Assembly (NCBI GenBank): GCA_041661405.1
Contig: JBAZUL010000004.1
Span: 15,309 to 79,308, forward strand
DNA length: 64,000 nucleotides
Source: Patescibacteria group bacterium
GTDB taxonomy: Bacteria; Patescibacteriota; Patescibacteriia; Patescibacteriales; JBAZCA01
Direction: 5' to 3'
Both the position numbers and the translations under genes were made by a program. The number at the start of each line of letters is the position of its first letter. Within the stretch, counting starts at the first letter, position 1. Below, piece after piece: positions 63,101-64,000 of the stretch. The notes under the pieces were generated by a model. The model was not told the origin of the DNA, did not search any database, and saw only the letters and a program-made list of their open reading frames with translations.

Positions 63101-64000
63101 GGGGGATATAGCTTTGAGCCGAACCGTCAATAGTAATACTGCCGGAAACCGTGTAATAGGTGGCGGTTCCCGAGGGTCTTAAATTAATATTGGACTGGGA
63201 GGCGGTTGAAACGGCAACGTCCGGAGAATATTGCATCCAGCCGACGTTCGGAGCGTCAGCTTCAATCCGCCAGGTTCCTGCATCAACGTATAATATGTAA
63301 TTGCCGGATGAGTCGGTCATGGTGTCGGAATGCCCGGAGCCGGTCGGCTGATACGCCCAGACCGGCGCGTAAGGGACCGCCTGGCCGCCGGAATTTAAGA
63401 CCTTGCCGGAAATGGTGAATTCGGGCCGTTTTAGTTTTAGCCTTAAGGGGTTGGTTCCGGCATTATTATTGCTCGCGTCGGATATGATCGCGCCGTCAAG
63501 ATAAATATCAGCCGTTGTATTTCCGTCAGTGCCGACTGAATTATCTTTTACTTCAACGGATTTTTCTTTGGAGCTCGGCATACCCGGCTTAAACGCGCCA
63601 ATGGTCCAGACTCCGGTAGTGCCGATTTTTAAGGTGAACTTTCCGGCAGTATCAGCCGTGGTATGGGCGCCGCCGAATCCTTGGGGCTGGTAAGCGTACA
63701 CTTCGGCATTGCCAAGACCGGAGCCGGAAGCGTCCAGCACAAAACCTTTTATTTCCTTAGTTACCTGAGATGAAATACTGAAATGGACTTTTTTGTCATT
63801 CGGCCCGGCGGAAGATTCGCGGACAGATGTAATAGTATCATTTATTGCCGGCAGAGTCGTCCAGTTGCCTTGCGGAGTCACAGTAATTGAAGTGTTCACC
63901 GCGAGCGAAGTTATCGTGCTGGTAGCCGCGGCCGCGCCGGTAGCGAAAGTTACAACATCGCCGACTTTAAAGAAATTGGTGCTCGCGACGCTTAGTGTTG
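60129..64000 (-). CDS. Giant surface protein (CarboxypepD_reg-like repeats, FN3-like domain, Cys-rich region, conserved-looking C-terminal triple repeat); 5' end outside the window
   Basis: The ORF track starts at the GTG at 63899, but the frame stays open to position 64000. At least five units are of the type (I/V)SGxV.D..G..(L/V).NA.V(W/Y)A....G.....TD..G.(F/Y).L....G.(W/Y). An FN3-like segment reads LGYEVYRSTDGTTYTQV...YYYKITAADDGGNES. Confidence 0.75.
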   Translation of the reverse strand, partial: TLSVASTNFFKVGDVVTFATGAAAATSTITSLAVNTSITVTPQGNWTTLPAINDTITSVRESSAGPNDKKVHFSISSQVTKEIKGFVLDASGSGLGNAEVYAYQPQGFGGAHTTADTAGKFTLKIGTTGVWTIGAFKPGMPSSKEKSVEVKDNSVGTDGNTTADIYLDGAIISDASNNNAGTNPLRLKLKRPEFTISGKVLNSGGQAVPYAPVWAYQPTGSGHSDTMTDSSGNYILYVDAGTWRIEADAPNVGWMQYSPDVAVSTASQSNINLRPSGTATYYTVSGSITIDGSAQSYIPLRAVLYDANGNYQGRDYGASTDSNGTYSLSLPAGYYRIDTWTQNYGEVELVYDQVANSSANINVNAATTTANILVSAAELETISLQFNNGAAAQTGFLNVDEVTFDGANPKPTGYHFSTKIDGLNATSTIKIKGASAGKYYFFGLDVPGYGFFSPDTASRQALSNDKDCIKVTDAARAVYFTLPNASTGMITVSGTVTDGSAGLANAWVWIGSPNTGYHTGAETGSNGTFSITVPKLESGNYNLGADKSGYMSSAPASVSATTNSEDNTVALGAAARNITGYVKNESGTNIPNAYVWAKEATTGNMAHTPADANGYYSLPVTNGAWAIMAGADGYKDGNYKAGNTKTNVTVSGATQTPAGSINIILEANASWTMKTKSKSITPSSGGTVDDTAASATGVKITAPPNALGSSQSSGNLGIQETSAVTETTSFEPLGGIGKVVTATDNSGQAITNLSDYVDIEIVYYKADIAAMNLVDYSKLKTQTLGYWDNTANNWVNLNTTRKAYYKLAANATEWTMKSDSATQTGYEEFIDDLAANGTGGYYDFKLVFIGKTNHLTVFSAINPPDAVAPAAPASLAQTSGGGSSVVLGWTAVSTNADASGITDLLGYEVYRSTDGTTYTQVNASDVSGIAYTDSTTAAFTSYYYKITAADDGGNESAYSSALQVCSTNSVSNGLVAADCSISCNTNYTRSGNSCNAAGGPAAASGNTTHCSSVVFDEWQASCAADGYQYRNIKSFSPSGCSLSASQEAERKRSCPSLAEESPIAEKAEEIVSEAKETVAEVKAKTEETAKAYADKIATIASDAAEIIKASVSTLLEKLGIKRSVTEEQKIANKFTKMLIKNLKVAAKDQSAITNFISYGTETTIKLGAGERAGVLNSYKSAFGKLPAKESEWSDAIKIANGRWPSEINKTTEANASLAFRKIYRRAADRTNPNDDAAVTVIAYGLRPAQRNVASEAAAIKSFKAIYGYAPESATAWDVVRAIAYSGAKR

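Noticed and set aside
1-64000. An alternative genetic code (UGA recoding, as in some CPR lineages).
   Set aside because: TGA ends conserved genes at the expected length (infA, ftsI, yciI-like), and the conserved proteins are full length with no in-frame TGA.

Overview
This 64-kb segment reads like the chromosome of a small-genome, Patescibacteria/CPR-type bacterium. That placement is inferred from gene content: a minimal dcw start (mraZ-rsmH-ftsL-like-ftsI-murF), an AlaRS without the C-Ala domain, an RpoA without the alpha-CTD, a TsaB-like mini-protein, a pilin-like gene, giant surface proteins and many GT4/GT-C envelope genes. The genetic code is standard, because TGA terminates conserved genes. 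Core content: the dcw start, mnmA, alaS, the infA-rpmJ-rpsM-rpsK-rpsD-rpoA-rplQ and rplM-rpsI operons, a flippase and GT4 genes, an S41 protease, pyrG, clpB behind a CIRCE operator, wecG/tagA plus GT4, and rpmE-prfA-prmC. Accessory or unusual content: (1) A pervasive family of AT-rich word repeats around GC-rich palindromic cores. They sit at stop codons in almost every intergenic spacer, and they also sit in frame inside conserved enzymes (tsaB-like, rsmH, prmC, femX-like and two membrane proteins). Several are exact 14-nt or 16-nt tandem duplications, and one core is flanked by a perfect 12-nt direct repeat. (2) Two visibly GC-rich islets (about 3.6-6.8 kb and 13.4-14.5 kb) encode orphan secreted proteins or lipoproteins and flank an O-antigen-ligase / radical-SAM / GT4 glycan cluster. 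(3) An AbiEii-type nucleotidyltransferase overlaps a 67-codon upstream ORF. (4) A yciI-degT-femX-aminotransferase cluster ends at an atypical tRNA-Ala(CGC)-like gene. (5) An acetolactate-synthase-like TPP enzyme is paired with an aldehyde dehydrogenase. No rRNA, CRISPR array, integrase or transposase was seen. All calls come from reading the sequence and the ORF track; no searches were run.
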